This document shows, one piece after another, positions 35,756 through 46,065 of a stretch of DNA of 64,000 nucleotides. The stretch lies in IMG/VR virus record IMGVR_UViG_3300017830_000039. The stretch is one strand, 5' to 3'. The number at the start of each line of letters is the position of its first letter. Position 1 is the stretch's first letter. The position numbers and the translations under genes are program-made. This DNA comes from a virus. The notes beneath the pieces are model-generated. The model worked only from the letters and a program-made list of their open reading frames with translations. It was not told the origin of the DNA and made no database searches.

Positions 35756-38700
35756 ATGGCAGAGACGAACACGACCGGGACGCAAGGCGTTCAAATGGTC
35801 AACTGGGTCACCTTCCCCAAGAAACAGGCTCTTCTGAAGCGCCTGATCGACGACAAGGGAAACCCGGGTCTCATCCTTCGCGTGGCCGATAACGAAGACG
35901 GGGCGCACGTTGCGAAAATGGCGCAGGACAGCGGCTTCAAGATGCGTGCCACGGGCAACGTGCTGACGATGATCTTCGAGCGCGGCAAGCCCATTCCCTT
36001 CAAGACCTCCCAGATCGCGGAAATGATCGGCGGGGATCTGACACGGGTGTCCCGTGACAAGCTGATGTCCAAGGACATGGTGATCAACCTGTTCAAGCGG
36101 GCACCGCGGACCGAAGCCCAGGCCGAAGAGCAGAAGCCAGAGGCCCCGGCAGAGGAGGCCCCGAAGGCCGAGGCCATCGTGCCTGACCCTGACAGCATGG
36201 AGACCCTTGGTCTCAACATGCGTGGCGAGGAAGTCATCCGCGACCGCCAGGGGCGCTTCTTCCGCCGCGTCGTCGAGGAAGACGGCACCCATCAGTTCAT
36301 CCACGAAGCCGAAGGTGGTCAGCCCGCCCTGTTTCTGCGGGCCCGCAAGCCCGAGGACCTGAACGGCATCGCCGCGGGTATCGTGCGCATGGCGCGCCGT
36401 GGCACGCTGCACCAGCGCGACTTCGACCGCATCCTCGATGCCGCGCTCGAAGAGGGTCCGGATGGCCGGCTTCACATGGACCGCGAAGACGCGTTCGACC
36501 TGCTGCGCGAACAGATCCTGCGCCAGATCACCAATGTCGCCATCGACAAGGACAACGACCGCTCGAGCTTCTTCCAGGCCCTGCGCCTGTCGGCCAATAC
36601 CGGCTATGTCATCTCCCGCCCCACCAATTCCGGCGAGGAATTGCGCCCGGGCGCCGCGATGCTGTCGCTGTTCCGCCGCCTCTCGCGCGGTCATGACCGC
36701 GTCGATTTCCGTGGCGCGCGCGATCTCGGCGTGGCCCTGCCGCGTCTGAGCTCCGAGGACGCCGCCCTTCAGGTGCAGGATTTCTCGGAAGTCTCCGCAA
36801 ACGGCATGACCGACTACGCGATGAACGTCCTGTCGCGCCGCCCGGCGGAAGGCAGCTCGATCTTCATCCTTCCCTCCGATGTTCCCGAAGAGCATTTCGA
36901 GCGCCTGCGCTCCGAGATCGGCCGCAACTACGGCCTCGAGGCCGTGGCCGAGGTGGCTTCCGGGGTTGCCGATGGTGTACGTGACGGCAGAACCTTCAAC
37001 ATGATCTTCGTGGGCGAACGTCGCCCCGAGGCCCTCGAGAGCCTGCCCCAGGCCGCACTGCGCTCCTTCGCCGTGGCAACCGATGACGATCTGGTGTCGC
37101 TCGAGCGCGAGATCGCACGGTCCCGCACCCAGATCCGCGACTTCAACCGCGGCGAAGTCGAGGTCAGCGAAGCCGACAAGGATGACGATCGCGAAGAGAA
37201 CGTCCGCCAGCGTCCCTACCAGCCCCTCTCGAAGGCGGGCGAGCCTTTCACCATGATCCCGCGCGCCCTGGAAGGTGCAACGACCAAGGCCTTGAACCGG
37301 GTGGCTCGGGATTCGGAGCCCTATGGTGGCGCCGATGCGATGGTGGCGCGTGCCATGGGTCGCTCCGTTGCCGATCTCGGCGAGATCCTGACGCCCGAGC
37401 AGGTCGACGCCGTCGCCCTGCGCATGAACGCCGCCGAGCGCGGTCGCGGTTTCCTCGAAGCCGACCAGACCGGCGTCGGCAAGGGCCGCACCATGGCTGC
37501 CATGGTCAAGGTCCACCTGCGCGAAAAGCCCAGCAATCGTTGCGTCTACGTGACCGAGTCCGCGGCGATCAACGTCCCCGACGTGCTGCGCGATATCAAG
37601 GCCGTGGATGGCCTGAAGGAAGTGAAAGTCCTGCTGCTGACCTCCGGTTCGGAGTTCGTCGACGTGACCGTAGATCCGGCGACCGGCAAGGAGATCCGCC
37701 GCGAGATCCTGTCGCCCAAGCCCAAGCAGCGCCGCGAGATCTACGAGGCTGGCGACTGGCCGGGGGATTACAACCTGGTCATCACGACCTACTCCCAGTT
37801 CAACGTCAAGGAAGACGCGCCCCAGGCGCAGTGGCTGGCCAATGTCGCCAATGAAGACACGCTCTTCGTTCTCGACGAGGCCCATAACGCCCTGAACCCG
37901 CGCTCCAACACGGGCCGCAACTTCCGCGAGGCGCAGAAGAACCTGCCGCCGCAGAACGTGGCCTACGCCACCGGCACGCCCGCAAGGAACCCTCAGGGCA
38001 TGGATCTCTATGAGCCGCTTCTGCCCCAGGGCGAGGCTGCGAACGTGGCGGGCATCCTGGAGAACATCGCCTCCGGCGGGGAAGTGGCCCAGGAAGCCTT
38101 CGCGACGATGCTTGCCGAAGACGGCGTCATGATCCGTCGCGACCACGACCTGTCGGCGACCGATTACCAGGTGCATCTGCCCGAAGACCAGAAGATGCTG
38201 GAATATCAGGACACGATGAACCGCTTCTCTCCCATCGTGGAAGGGATGATCGATGTCTCCACCCAGATCGGCGAGATCGTGGGTCGGGCCCAGGCCGTGC
38301 AGTTCCGCCAGATGGTCAATAACGGCATGGATGAGCGCCAGGCGCGGTCCATGACCAATGAGCTGTCCCAGTATTCGCTGGCGATCGGTGGCCCGCTGTC
38401 GAACCTCGCACGGATCATGATGAACGCGATCAAGGTCGATCAGGTCGTCGAGGCCGCGGTCAACGAGATGGATCAGGGCCGCAAGCCGCTGATCACCTTC
38501 CACTCCACGAACGCGGCGCTGCTCAACGAGGTCAGCCGTTACGAGGACGGCACCCGTCTGACGGAAGAAGAGCTCGCAGAGCTGCCGGAGATGACGATCC
38601 GCGACCAGATCCGCAGGATCCACAACGGCCTCTACAAGATGAAGATCGACGGTCAGACCCTCGATCCGCGTCAGAACAATTCCGAGGCGATGCGCGCCTA

Positions 38701-41470
38701 TCGCGATTTCGCGGCTGGCGCCCGTGGCCGAAAGTCGAAACCACTCGACACGCTCATGGCGGCCGAGCGTATGCGCGCGGCCCTGACCCAGATCGGCGAT
38801 GTCGAGGCGCGCGATGCCGTGGCAACCGATTTCGCGGCGCTCGAGGCACAGGTCCTGCCCGCGGGCGACCTGCGCAACCTGCTCGTGGCCTATGCAGGGC
38901 TGACCACCGTCTCCTATTTCGAGGCAGACGCCGCCGCCCAGGCCATGGAGGCCTTCGATGCGGCTGTTTCCGCAACTCCGGACGATACGTTCGACGAAGA
39001 GCAGATGGCGACCATCGAGATTGCCATCGACGAGTATCAGAATGCGGCCGGTCCGACAGAACGTCGGGCAGCGGTCGAAAGCCTGCGCGGGATCATCCGC
39101 GGGGTCGAGCTGCCGCGGGTCGTGCCCGCGGAGATCCGCGAGGACCTGGCCGCGCTCGAAGAGCGGGTCGATGCCCTCGGTGGCGATCGCGCGCAATACG
39201 ATGCGATCAACGAGGCCTTCGAGCGGATCGAAGCCCTGATCGAAGAGATCCCGGATCTTCCGGTGTCTCCGGTCGACGCGCTCGTGGAGCGTCTCGAGGC
39301 GAACAACATCCGCACCGGCGAGATCTCCGGGCGCACCCTGTGCTACCGCGAGGGCCGCATCCAGAAGCGCTCCGGCCGCAACCGCAAGGAAATCGTCGAC
39401 AGCTTCAATGGCGGCGATCTCGATGCGCTGCTCTACAACTCCGCCGGTGCCACCGGTGGATCCTACCATGCCGGCGCGACCTTCGCTGACCAGCGTCCGC
39501 GGACCCTCGTGGAATTCGAGGCGCCGATCGATATCATCAAGTATGTCCAGGCCCAGGGCCGCGGCAACCGCTACGACCAGGTGGCATCGCCGAAGGTCCT
39601 CTCGGTGATGACCGGCCTCACGCCCGAAATGCGCATCCTGCAGCAGCGCAACGGCAAGCTGCGCTCGCTGGGCGCCTCGGTCGACGGCAACCGGTCGCAC
39701 CCGCTCCTGCTCGACGATGTGCCGGACCTGCTCAACAAGGTGGGCGACGAAGCCACACGCAACGTGCTCCTGTCGGCACCGGCCCTGGCGCGCCGTCTCG
39801 GCTTCCCGAAATTCGCCGAGGAAGACATGCTCAATGTCGCCGAGGTCGATGGTGGAAACGATCAGGGATCCGGAGTTGCGAAATCCGGCCTCGACAGCCT
39901 TGCAAACAAGGTCCTGGCCCGCTCGATCATGCTGCCTGCCCACGAGCAGGACGACCTGATCCAGAGGATTCGGATGGAGTTCGACGTGCTCATCGAGGAG
40001 CTCGAGAGCCGCAACGCCAACCCGCTGCGTCCCAAGGAGTTCGGCGGCACGGTCGACATCCGCACCACGACCATCTTCTCGGGCCAGGAGCTCGAAGAGG
40101 GCGATCTGGACACCTCGGTCTTCCTCGCGCCGGTTTACATGTCCACGGGCGAACATGACCTGGGCGAAGATCCGGTTGCAGCCGAACGGCTGGTAACCAT
40201 GGTCGAGCGCGCCATCACGATGCATGGCTCCGATGGCCTGAAGCCCTATGCCGACCGTATCACGCAGAACCTCGCAGGCCTCCTGCGTCCTTACCTGCCG
40301 GCCGGCTACGACATGGATGTGGCGCTCGACAATCCGGCGGACATCCCGGGCCGCTTCGCCCGGGAGCACGGCAAGATCACCGATCTGGCCTGGGTCCTGG
40401 AGAACCTCCAGCCGGGCGTCTCCGTGCGCTTCCCTTCGGCCTCGGATCTCGACGGCATGAAGGCCCGCACGATCGTGGACCTGATCCCACCGAAGGATCC
40501 GGCCCATTACGACATGGCTTCCGCCTACAAGATCAAGACGATCTGCCCGGGTGACAGCAAGCCCGAGACGATCGCCGTGTCGCGGATCGTGCAGAACAAG
40601 ATGGAAGACATCCGCTTCCGTCCCGGCATCTCCGACGGGTTCAACGACGCCTATCTGCGCGAATTCTCTGAAGCCGCGCAGCTGCGTCAGCTGATGCCGG
40701 TCCAGATCCTGGGCGGCAACATCCTGCAGGCGATCACCACGGCGAACCAGCACGATCTGGGCACGATCTCGCTCTATCGGGACGCCCAGGGCCAGGTGAA
40801 CCGCGGGATCCTCGTCCACGACACCAAGATCGACATGACGATGCTGCCCGTTCCGCTGCCCAACGCCACGGTCGCGGCAGAGGTCGTGACCCAGTTCGCC
40901 AGGGCGACTGGTGACTACCGCCGCGGCGATGCGTCCAGCTACATGCGGATCTGGGGATCGATGGACCCGGACGCGAAGGGTCCCGGCCCGCGCGACCTGG
41001 CCGACATGATCATCCGCATGACCTCGCGGACGGTGAAGATCGACATGCAGCCCCTGCGGACGTCGAATAGGGAATTCTACCTGTCGCGCCCCGGCTTCTA
41101 CGAGGCGGTTCACGGCAAGCCGATGCCCGAGACGATCCCGGATCGGGCGTTCCGCAAGCCTGGCACGAACCACAAGTACCTCGCGGAGTTCCGTGTCGAC
41201 ACGCCGGAGGGCCGCGACCGTCTCTACCGCGTGATGCAGCATCTCGAAGGCGTTCCGATGATGACGGATGGCGCCCACCGTGACCTGGTCAACGAGACCA
41301 TGGAGCTGATCAACCGGGATGGTCCGCGCGGCCTCGAATGCGAGGGCGCACAGGTCAACTTCTTCGAGGAAGAGGCCGGAGACGATGTGGAAGACGCCGT
41401 CGAGGTGCGTGCCGAGACCGAAGAGGACCGTGCCGAATGGGCCAATGATCTCAGCGAAGTGGAATTCTGA
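35756..41470 (+). CDS. Strawberry-notch family helicase/NTPase (about 1904 aa)
   Basis: ADQTGVGKGRT, TTYSQ, LDEAHNA, YATGT, EISGR, AGATGGSYHA and VQAQGRGNRYDQV motifs. Confidence 0.88.
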   Translation: MAETNTTGTQGVQMVNWVTFPKKQALLKRLIDDKGNPGLILRVADNEDGAHVAKMAQDSGFKMRATGNVLTMIFERGKPIPFKTSQIAEMIGGDLTRVSRDKLMSKDMVINLFKRAPRTEAQAEEQKPEAPAEEAPKAEAIVPDPDSMETLGLNMRGEEVIRDRQGRFFRRVVEEDGTHQFIHEAEGGQPALFLRARKPEDLNGIAAGIVRMARRGTLHQRDFDRILDAALEEGPDGRLHMDREDAFDLLREQILRQITNVAIDKDNDRSSFFQALRLSANTGYVISRPTNSGEELRPGAAMLSLFRRLSRGHDRVDFRGARDLGVALPRLSSEDAALQVQDFSEVSANGMTDYAMNVLSRRPAEGSSIFILPSDVPEEHFERLRSEIGRNYGLEAVAEVASGVADGVRDGRTFNMIFVGERRPEALESLPQAALRSFAVATDDDLVSLEREIARSRTQIRDFNRGEVEVSEADKDDDREENVRQRPYQPLSKAGEPFTMIPRALEGATTKALNRVARDSEPYGGADAMVARAMGRSVADLGEILTPEQVDAVALRMNAAERGRGFLEADQTGVGKGRTMAAMVKVHLREKPSNRCVYVTESAAINVPDVLRDIKAVDGLKEVKVLLLTSGSEFVDVTVDPATGKEIRREILSPKPKQRREIYEAGDWPGDYNLVITTYSQFNVKEDAPQAQWLANVANEDTLFVLDEAHNALNPRSNTGRNFREAQKNLPPQNVAYATGTPARNPQGMDLYEPLLPQGEAANVAGILENIASGGEVAQEAFATMLAEDGVMIRRDHDLSATDYQVHLPEDQKMLEYQDTMNRFSPIVEGMIDVSTQIGEIVGRAQAVQFRQMVNNGMDERQARSMTNELSQYSLAIGGPLSNLARIMMNAIKVDQVVEAAVNEMDQGRKPLITFHSTNAALLNEVSRYEDGTRLTEEELAELPEMTIRDQIRRIHNGLYKMKIDGQTLDPRQNNSEAMRAYRDFAAGARGRKSKPLDTLMAAERMRAALTQIGDVEARDAVATDFAALEAQVLPAGDLRNLLVAYAGLTTVSYFEADAAAQAMEAFDAAVSATPDDTFDEEQMATIEIAIDEYQNAAGPTERRAAVESLRGIIRGVELPRVVPAEIREDLAALEERVDALGGDRAQYDAINEAFERIEALIEEIPDLPVSPVDALVERLEANNIRTGEISGRTLCYREGRIQKRSGRNRKEIVDSFNGGDLDALLYNSAGATGGSYHAGATFADQRPRTLVEFEAPIDIIKYVQAQGRGNRYDQVASPKVLSVMTGLTPEMRILQQRNGKLRSLGASVDGNRSHPLLLDDVPDLLNKVGDEATRNVLLSAPALARRLGFPKFAEEDMLNVAEVDGGNDQGSGVAKSGLDSLANKVLARSIMLPAHEQDDLIQRIRMEFDVLIEELESRNANPLRPKEFGGTVDIRTTTIFSGQELEEGDLDTSVFLAPVYMSTGEHDLGEDPVAAERLVTMVERAITMHGSDGLKPYADRITQNLAGLLRPYLPAGYDMDVALDNPADIPGRFAREHGKITDLAWVLENLQPGVSVRFPSASDLDGMKARTIVDLIPPKDPAHYDMASAYKIKTICPGDSKPETIAVSRIVQNKMEDIRFRPGISDGFNDAYLREFSEAAQLRQLMPVQILGGNILQAITTANQHDLGTISLYRDAQGQVNRGILVHDTKIDMTMLPVPLPNATVAAEVVTQFARATGDYRRGDASSYMRIWGSMDPDAKGPGPRDLADMIIRMTSRTVKIDMQPLRTSNREFYLSRPGFYEAVHGKPMPETIPDRAFRKPGTNHKYLAEFRVDTPEGRDRLYRVMQHLEGVPMMTDGAHRDLVNETMELINRDGPRGLECEGAQVNFFEEEAGDDVEDAVEVRAETEEDRAEWANDLSEVEF

Positions 41471-43659
41471 TGCCGATCAAGATCGAAACCATGTCGAAGG
41501 AAGAGGAGACCCGGGCCGCCGGGTACCTCTGGACCACGGAAAACGACCCGACATGGCTCCGCTACCAGGTGGATTTCACCAATGGCGCCATGAAGGGGTT
41601 CCACGTCTCGAAATGCGAAGGCAGCGTGCCGCGGGTGACGCCCTTCCTTTATGATTTCAACGCGCCCCGCATGGCACAGCTCTACCATGAGCAGGTCGCC
41701 ATGGCGGCTCTGGCCGATATCGGGAAGGAAACCCTGATCCGGTCCGGCGAGGAGATGGAAGAAAAGAGCGTGGCGAGCCAGGTGGGGGCATGGCAGGACT
41801 TCATGAGCGCCTTCGGCAACGAGGCGAAGAACAAGGTCGCAGACGACCTCATCTCTTCGCGCTTCATCACCTATGACAGCGAGATGTCCGTGCCTTCGGG
41901 GATCCTGCGGGTCGGAAAGCGCGGTGCGATTTCGATGCCGCGCGGCCGCAATTTCCGCGTCGGCGCCCGGATGTCGGGCTTCGATGCCGTGAAGATCGCA
42001 CGCTCCAAGGGGCTTCCCCCTAAGCTCAAGGTCGGCGCCATGGGCGATCCGGACCTCGAACAGGCACAGAAGGCCCTTGCCCATGTGGAGCGCCCCAGCT
42101 CCCATGCGGTGGCCTGGTATGGCACCCGGGAAGCGAAGAAAGGGCGGATCCGCATGCAGGCGGCCGCGTCGATGCCGATCCTCGCGGGCCTGATCGCCGA
42201 TCGCCAGTCCCTGGCCTCGGCCGTGGACGAGATGCGACCGATCCAGCCCATCCTGATGGAGACCACCGGTCTCGGGAAGGCCGGCGTGAAGCGGATCGGC
42301 AAGCTGACCAAGCCCGCCCCCGTCGGGCGGATCTTCGAGGCTGGCGAGCGGATCGAGGGCGAGGATGCGCTGGGCGTGAACCGTGCCCGTCACACCCAGA
42401 TCTCGGGTTCCGTGCCGATCGACATGGCCTTGCGGTATCTCTCCGACCTGCCGCCCGATCGGGCGCCGCAGGACGACGAGAGCTGGCTGAAGTTCAACGA
42501 TATCCTCTCGGCCGTGGCGATCCCGCTCTACAACGCGACATCGATCCCTGTTTCGAAGATCCTCGAAGCCTCCAAGGGCAACTGGATCCAGTTCCATGAA
42601 AGCCTGGCCCTGGCGGCGGATTTCGAACCGGAAGATTTCGACCGGCGCACCATGGCCCTGACGACCATCGACGCCCTGGAGGCGATCGAGCATTTCAACA
42701 GGACCGCGCTCCTGCCCCAAGCCCTGGCCTCGATCAAGGAGACTGAACAGCCCGAGCCGTTCGTGAGCCGTGAATTCGTCGTCTCGGGTCTCGAAGCCGC
42801 CACCGATCTGATCGTGGGCAAGGCGAAGAACGTGGCCGTCCTGATGATGGAGGTATCGCGCCGTTACGCATCGCGGATCCCGGCGATGATGGAGATCGAG
42901 GGCAAGACGATGCTCGAAGCCACCGATCGTTCCAGCACGCGCTTCGCGGCCTATGCCGAGAACGCCTATCCGACGCTGACCGGAAGCTTCACGGCCTCCA
43001 ATGGTCTCGTGGTCCGGCCACTCAAGGATGGCGCGGAGCTGCAGGAGGAATCCCGCAGGCTCGGACACTGTGTCGGATCCTACCAGTCGAAGGCCCGCCG
43101 GACGCAGTGCCACATCTATTCGGTGCAGAACCAGTCGGGATCAGAGAGCTTCTCGACCTTCGAGTTCGCCGGCGTGGATGGAGGCGATCCGCGCGCGGCC
43201 GCGGCCGGCCTGCGCAAGGTGCAGCACCGGGCAGCGCGCAATGGCACGCCGTCGGAAGACTGCGCAAAGGCCTACAAGGAATTCTTCGATGCCCTCAAGG
43301 GCGGCGCGATCGACGTCAACCTGGAGGAAATCCAGTCCTGGCGCGAATGGCTCCGCGAGAGCGGGATGGATGCCAGCGTGGCGCGGGCAACCCCGGCGAC
43401 GACCTGGAAGTCGGTCCTCGAGCTCGACTGGGAGAACAACGACGCGCGTCTGGATTACTGGCGTGAGTGGGGCGAGGTCCTCGGCGGGCGCGTTGCGAAA
43501 TCGCCGCATCCCGGCGTGGTCTACTCCGAGAAGAAGGCCCAGGAACTCGTCGGCGCCATGTCTCCGCGGGCCGCGGCCCTGATGATCGAGCAGGCCCGCC
43601 AGGCAAAGGCCCGGCGCGAGGCGGAAAAGGAACGTGAAGATGATCCGCAACCGATGTGA
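41470..43659 (+). CDS. PcfJ-like domain protein
   Basis: C-terminal VRPL...EL-x-EES-x-x-LGHCVGSY...C-x-IYSV...ST-x-E; start overlaps the helicase stop. Confidence 0.75.
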   Translation: MPIKIETMSKEEETRAAGYLWTTENDPTWLRYQVDFTNGAMKGFHVSKCEGSVPRVTPFLYDFNAPRMAQLYHEQVAMAALADIGKETLIRSGEEMEEKSVASQVGAWQDFMSAFGNEAKNKVADDLISSRFITYDSEMSVPSGILRVGKRGAISMPRGRNFRVGARMSGFDAVKIARSKGLPPKLKVGAMGDPDLEQAQKALAHVERPSSHAVAWYGTREAKKGRIRMQAAASMPILAGLIADRQSLASAVDEMRPIQPILMETTGLGKAGVKRIGKLTKPAPVGRIFEAGERIEGEDALGVNRARHTQISGSVPIDMALRYLSDLPPDRAPQDDESWLKFNDILSAVAIPLYNATSIPVSKILEASKGNWIQFHESLALAADFEPEDFDRRTMALTTIDALEAIEHFNRTALLPQALASIKETEQPEPFVSREFVVSGLEAATDLIVGKAKNVAVLMMEVSRRYASRIPAMMEIEGKTMLEATDRSSTRFAAYAENAYPTLTGSFTASNGLVVRPLKDGAELQEESRRLGHCVGSYQSKARRTQCHIYSVQNQSGSESFSTFEFAGVDGGDPRAAAAGLRKVQHRAARNGTPSEDCAKAYKEFFDALKGGAIDVNLEEIQSWREWLRESGMDASVARATPATTWKSVLELDWENNDARLDYWREWGEVLGGRVAKSPHPGVVYSEKKAQELVGAMSPRAAALMIEQARQAKARREAEKEREDDPQPM

Positions 43660-43689
43660 TGGCACACTGAAAATCCTGGAGACAAAGAC

Positions 43690-44004
43690 ATGCTGGTGAA
43701 TGGAAACTTGTTGATCGAACTGGAAGAGGGAGAGCGTGAGCTGCTGCATGATGCGCTCGACATCCTCAGTCCCGACAGCACCGAGGCCTCGGAGCGGCTG
43801 GAGATTCTGACCCAGACGATGCTCGACGCGACCCTCGAGCCGGGCAGCGTCGAGATGGAGTTCTCCGTGGAGGACATGGAGCTGGCCATCGCCGCCCTCG
43901 ACGTGGTCCAGCCGGACGATTTCGAGATGCAGGACCTGGCCGGGGAGATGGCCGAACGGTTCCGCAGCGTGCATCGCGACTGTGAGGATGTACCCGGAAT
44001 GTGA
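43690..44004 (+). CDS. Small acidic hypothetical protein
   Basis: GGAG RBS; very Asp/Glu-rich. Confidence 0.7.
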   Translation: MLVNGNLLIELEEGERELLHDALDILSPDSTEASERLEILTQTMLDATLEPGSVEMEFSVEDMELAIAALDVVQPDDFEMQDLAGEMAERFRSVHRDCEDVPGM

Positions 44005-44100
44005 TCCGAAGCGGCGTGCGAAAAAAAAGGCTTTTCGTTTTTCACAACGCTTCCCTACCTTCGATGAAGACAGCAACTGATCGAGAAATGGAGAAAATCG

Positions 44101-44700
44101 ATGGCTGAAGACAAGCAGGACAAGAAGTCCACCAACAAGAACATCCACACCTCCTACGTGGGCACCTTCAAGGCCGACAGCTTCGCTGTCGACGAGAAGG
44201 GCGTTGCCTCCGCGACGCTGGAAACCCCCGGCGGCGACAAGGTCGTGAAGGGCTACAACGACAACGCCAAGACCCTCGAGGATGCGGTCAAGGCCGGTGG
44301 CGAGATGATCGTCCGCGGCACGCTCCTGGGCGGCAACAAGAACCCGCACATGGGCATCTACGCCACGGGCCCTGAGCAGATCGCCGGTGTCGTGAGCAAG
44401 GTCCGCGACAACTTCGACAGCTTTGAGGCTGACGGCAAGCAGCCCTACGTCAACGCCTGGGTCGGCGTCGAGCGTGGCGACAACAAGATCTTCCGTGCCG
44501 TGGCCGCCTATGGCGACGACGCGCTGGCCCTGAAGGGCGTGAAGGAAGGCGATCGCCTGGACGTGCCCGCCCGCACCACGCACGAGAAGCGTGAAGTGAA
44601 GGGTGAGGAAAAGTGGGTCGAGATGTACCGCGTCACCGGCGCCGGCACCTTCGAGCCCGCACCCGAGAAGGCGGCCGACGAGGAAACTCCGGCTCCGTAA
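44101..44700 (+). CDS. Hypothetical two-domain beta-rich protein (C-terminal part OB/SSB-like)
   Basis: GGAG RBS, strong codon bias; YVNAWVGVE...AVAAYGDDALAL-x-x-VKEGDRL-x-V resembles an OB fold. Confidence 0.75.
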   Translation: MAEDKQDKKSTNKNIHTSYVGTFKADSFAVDEKGVASATLETPGGDKVVKGYNDNAKTLEDAVKAGGEMIVRGTLLGGNKNPHMGIYATGPEQIAGVVSKVRDNFDSFEADGKQPYVNAWVGVERGDNKIFRAVAAYGDDALALKGVKEGDRLDVPARTTHEKREVKGEEKWVEMYRVTGAGTFEPAPEKAADEETPAP

Positions 44701-44733
44701 GCCCGCGCAAGCGACTGCGCCAAGACACGGGAG

Positions 44734-44760
44734 AAGGCGCCTCAGGGCGCCTTTTTCTTT
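44734..44760 (+). terminator. Rho-independent terminator
   Basis: AAGGCGCC-TCAG-GGCGCCTT followed by a T-run. Confidence 0.75.
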
Positions 44761-44785
44761 TCCTACTCAGATCAGGGAGATCACC

Positions 44786-45445
44786 ATGATGTTCGGCTAC
44801 AAGCCCGCCGCCCGCCCGCAACCCGCTCCGATGCAGAACGCAGCCGGACATTTCGTCAAGGACAGCTTCCAGGACCTCGGTCGCAAGGGCGCCTCGGCGA
44901 CGCTGCGCACCCTGCGTGGTGATGTCACCGTCACGATGGAAATGCTGCACCGCAAGTCCGAGTTCAAGGCAGCCGCCCTGTCCGGTGCGAAAGTCAGCGC
45001 CTTCGGCGACATGAGCGAAGATCGCAGCACGATGAAGATCAGCTCGATGACGACCGAGGACGACCTGAAGCATATTCGCGGCACGCCGTTCGAGCAGGTC
45101 GCGCGCCAGGTCGAAGTGGACCGCATGCGCCTTACCGCTTTCAGCGGTCAGGTGAAGAAGGACTCCTACGATATGGACCGTCACGGTCGCTCCTCGATCA
45201 CTCTCGAGACGGCCGCCGGCCCCCTGAAGGTCGAGACATCGCGCCGCGACATCGCCCGCGATATTCGGGCCGCTTCCGAATCCGGTGGATCCTTCTCGAT
45301 TGCCGGGAGCCTTGCGGAAGGGCAGGGGCGTGTGAGCCTGGTTGCCCGCCGCGTCGGTGCCGCACCGGTGCTGGAAGTCGAAGATCCCTTCGCTGCCCAG
45401 AGCCTCGACAATGACAGGTCGGCTACGCCCGAACCCGCCATGTGA
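44786..45445 (+). CDS. Hypothetical protein with internal duplication
   Basis: GGGAG RBS; two copies of a KDS-x5-G-x-x-S-x-TL-x-T-x-x-G segment. Confidence 0.75.
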   Translation: MMFGYKPAARPQPAPMQNAAGHFVKDSFQDLGRKGASATLRTLRGDVTVTMEMLHRKSEFKAAALSGAKVSAFGDMSEDRSTMKISSMTTEDDLKHIRGTPFEQVARQVEVDRMRLTAFSGQVKKDSYDMDRHGRSSITLETAAGPLKVETSRRDIARDIRAASESGGSFSIAGSLAEGQGRVSLVARRVGAAPVLEVEDPFAAQSLDNDRSATPEPAM

Positions 45446-45598
45446 GCCTTGCGAAAAAGATTGGCCGCACGGCTCCGACGTGCTATTCAAAGGCCAACAA
45501 CACCCGCCCCGCCTCTCGACGATGCGCCTCTGGGCGGGTTTTTCGTTTCTCCCTCTCCTCACGTTTTCCTTGACTCTCCCAAGGGCTTTCAGAAATTA

Positions 45599-45613
45599 GA
45601 ACATAAGAAGAAC
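45599..45613 (+). promoter_or_regulatory. Alphaproteobacterial LexA (SOS) box
   Basis: GAAC-ATAAGAA-GAAC = GAAC-N7-GAAC, 17 nt before umuD; TTGACT at 45570. Confidence 0.85.
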
Positions 45614-45630
45614 ATTTGTAAGGAAGACGT

Positions 45631-46065
45631 ATGCCGGTTCACCCCGTGGAAACCCCTGTTATTGCCGAAGGTCACCCCGTGCGTCTGGTGACCATGCCGG
45701 TGAGCGCGGGCTTCCCGAGCCCGGCCGGCGATGACCTCGAAGACGAAATCGATCCGATCTCCTGGGTTGTCCGCAATCCGTCCTCGACCTTCTGGTGGCG
45801 TGTCGAGGGGCCCTGCCTGCAGGATGTCGGCATTCTCGATGGCGATCTGATCGCCGTGGACCGCTCCGCCCGGCGCCGCATCGGCCGCGCGGTTCTTGCC
45901 GTGGTCGACGGGGCGGTGACAGCGAAGATCCTGCGCCGCAAGGGCGATCGCTACTATCTGGCGCCGGCGAATTCGCAGGAGCGGTTCCCGGATATTGAAC
46001 TGACCGAGGACAGCGAGATCTGGGGTGTGATCGCCGGCGTCGTCCGGCAATATCCGATCGCATGA
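45631..46065 (+). CDS. umuD: UmuD-like S24 peptidase
   Basis: VSAGFPSPA cleavage region, RVEG-x-CL (Cys at the usual catalytic Ser position) and VDGAVTAK motif. Confidence 0.88.
   Translation: MPVHPVETPVIAEGHPVRLVTMPVSAGFPSPAGDDLEDEIDPISWVVRNPSSTFWWRVEGPCLQDVGILDGDLIAVDRSARRRIGRAVLAVVDGAVTAKILRRKGDRYYLAPANSQERFPDIELTEDSEIWGVIAGVVRQYPIA

Noticed and set aside
35720-41278. 1852-aa minus-strand ORF, and similar long antisense ORFs at 23555-25192, 32023-33699, 34141-35229 and 41224-43113
   Set aside because: Shadow frames opposite motif-bearing genes; strong codon bias in GC-rich DNA removes antisense stops, and the translations show no motifs.
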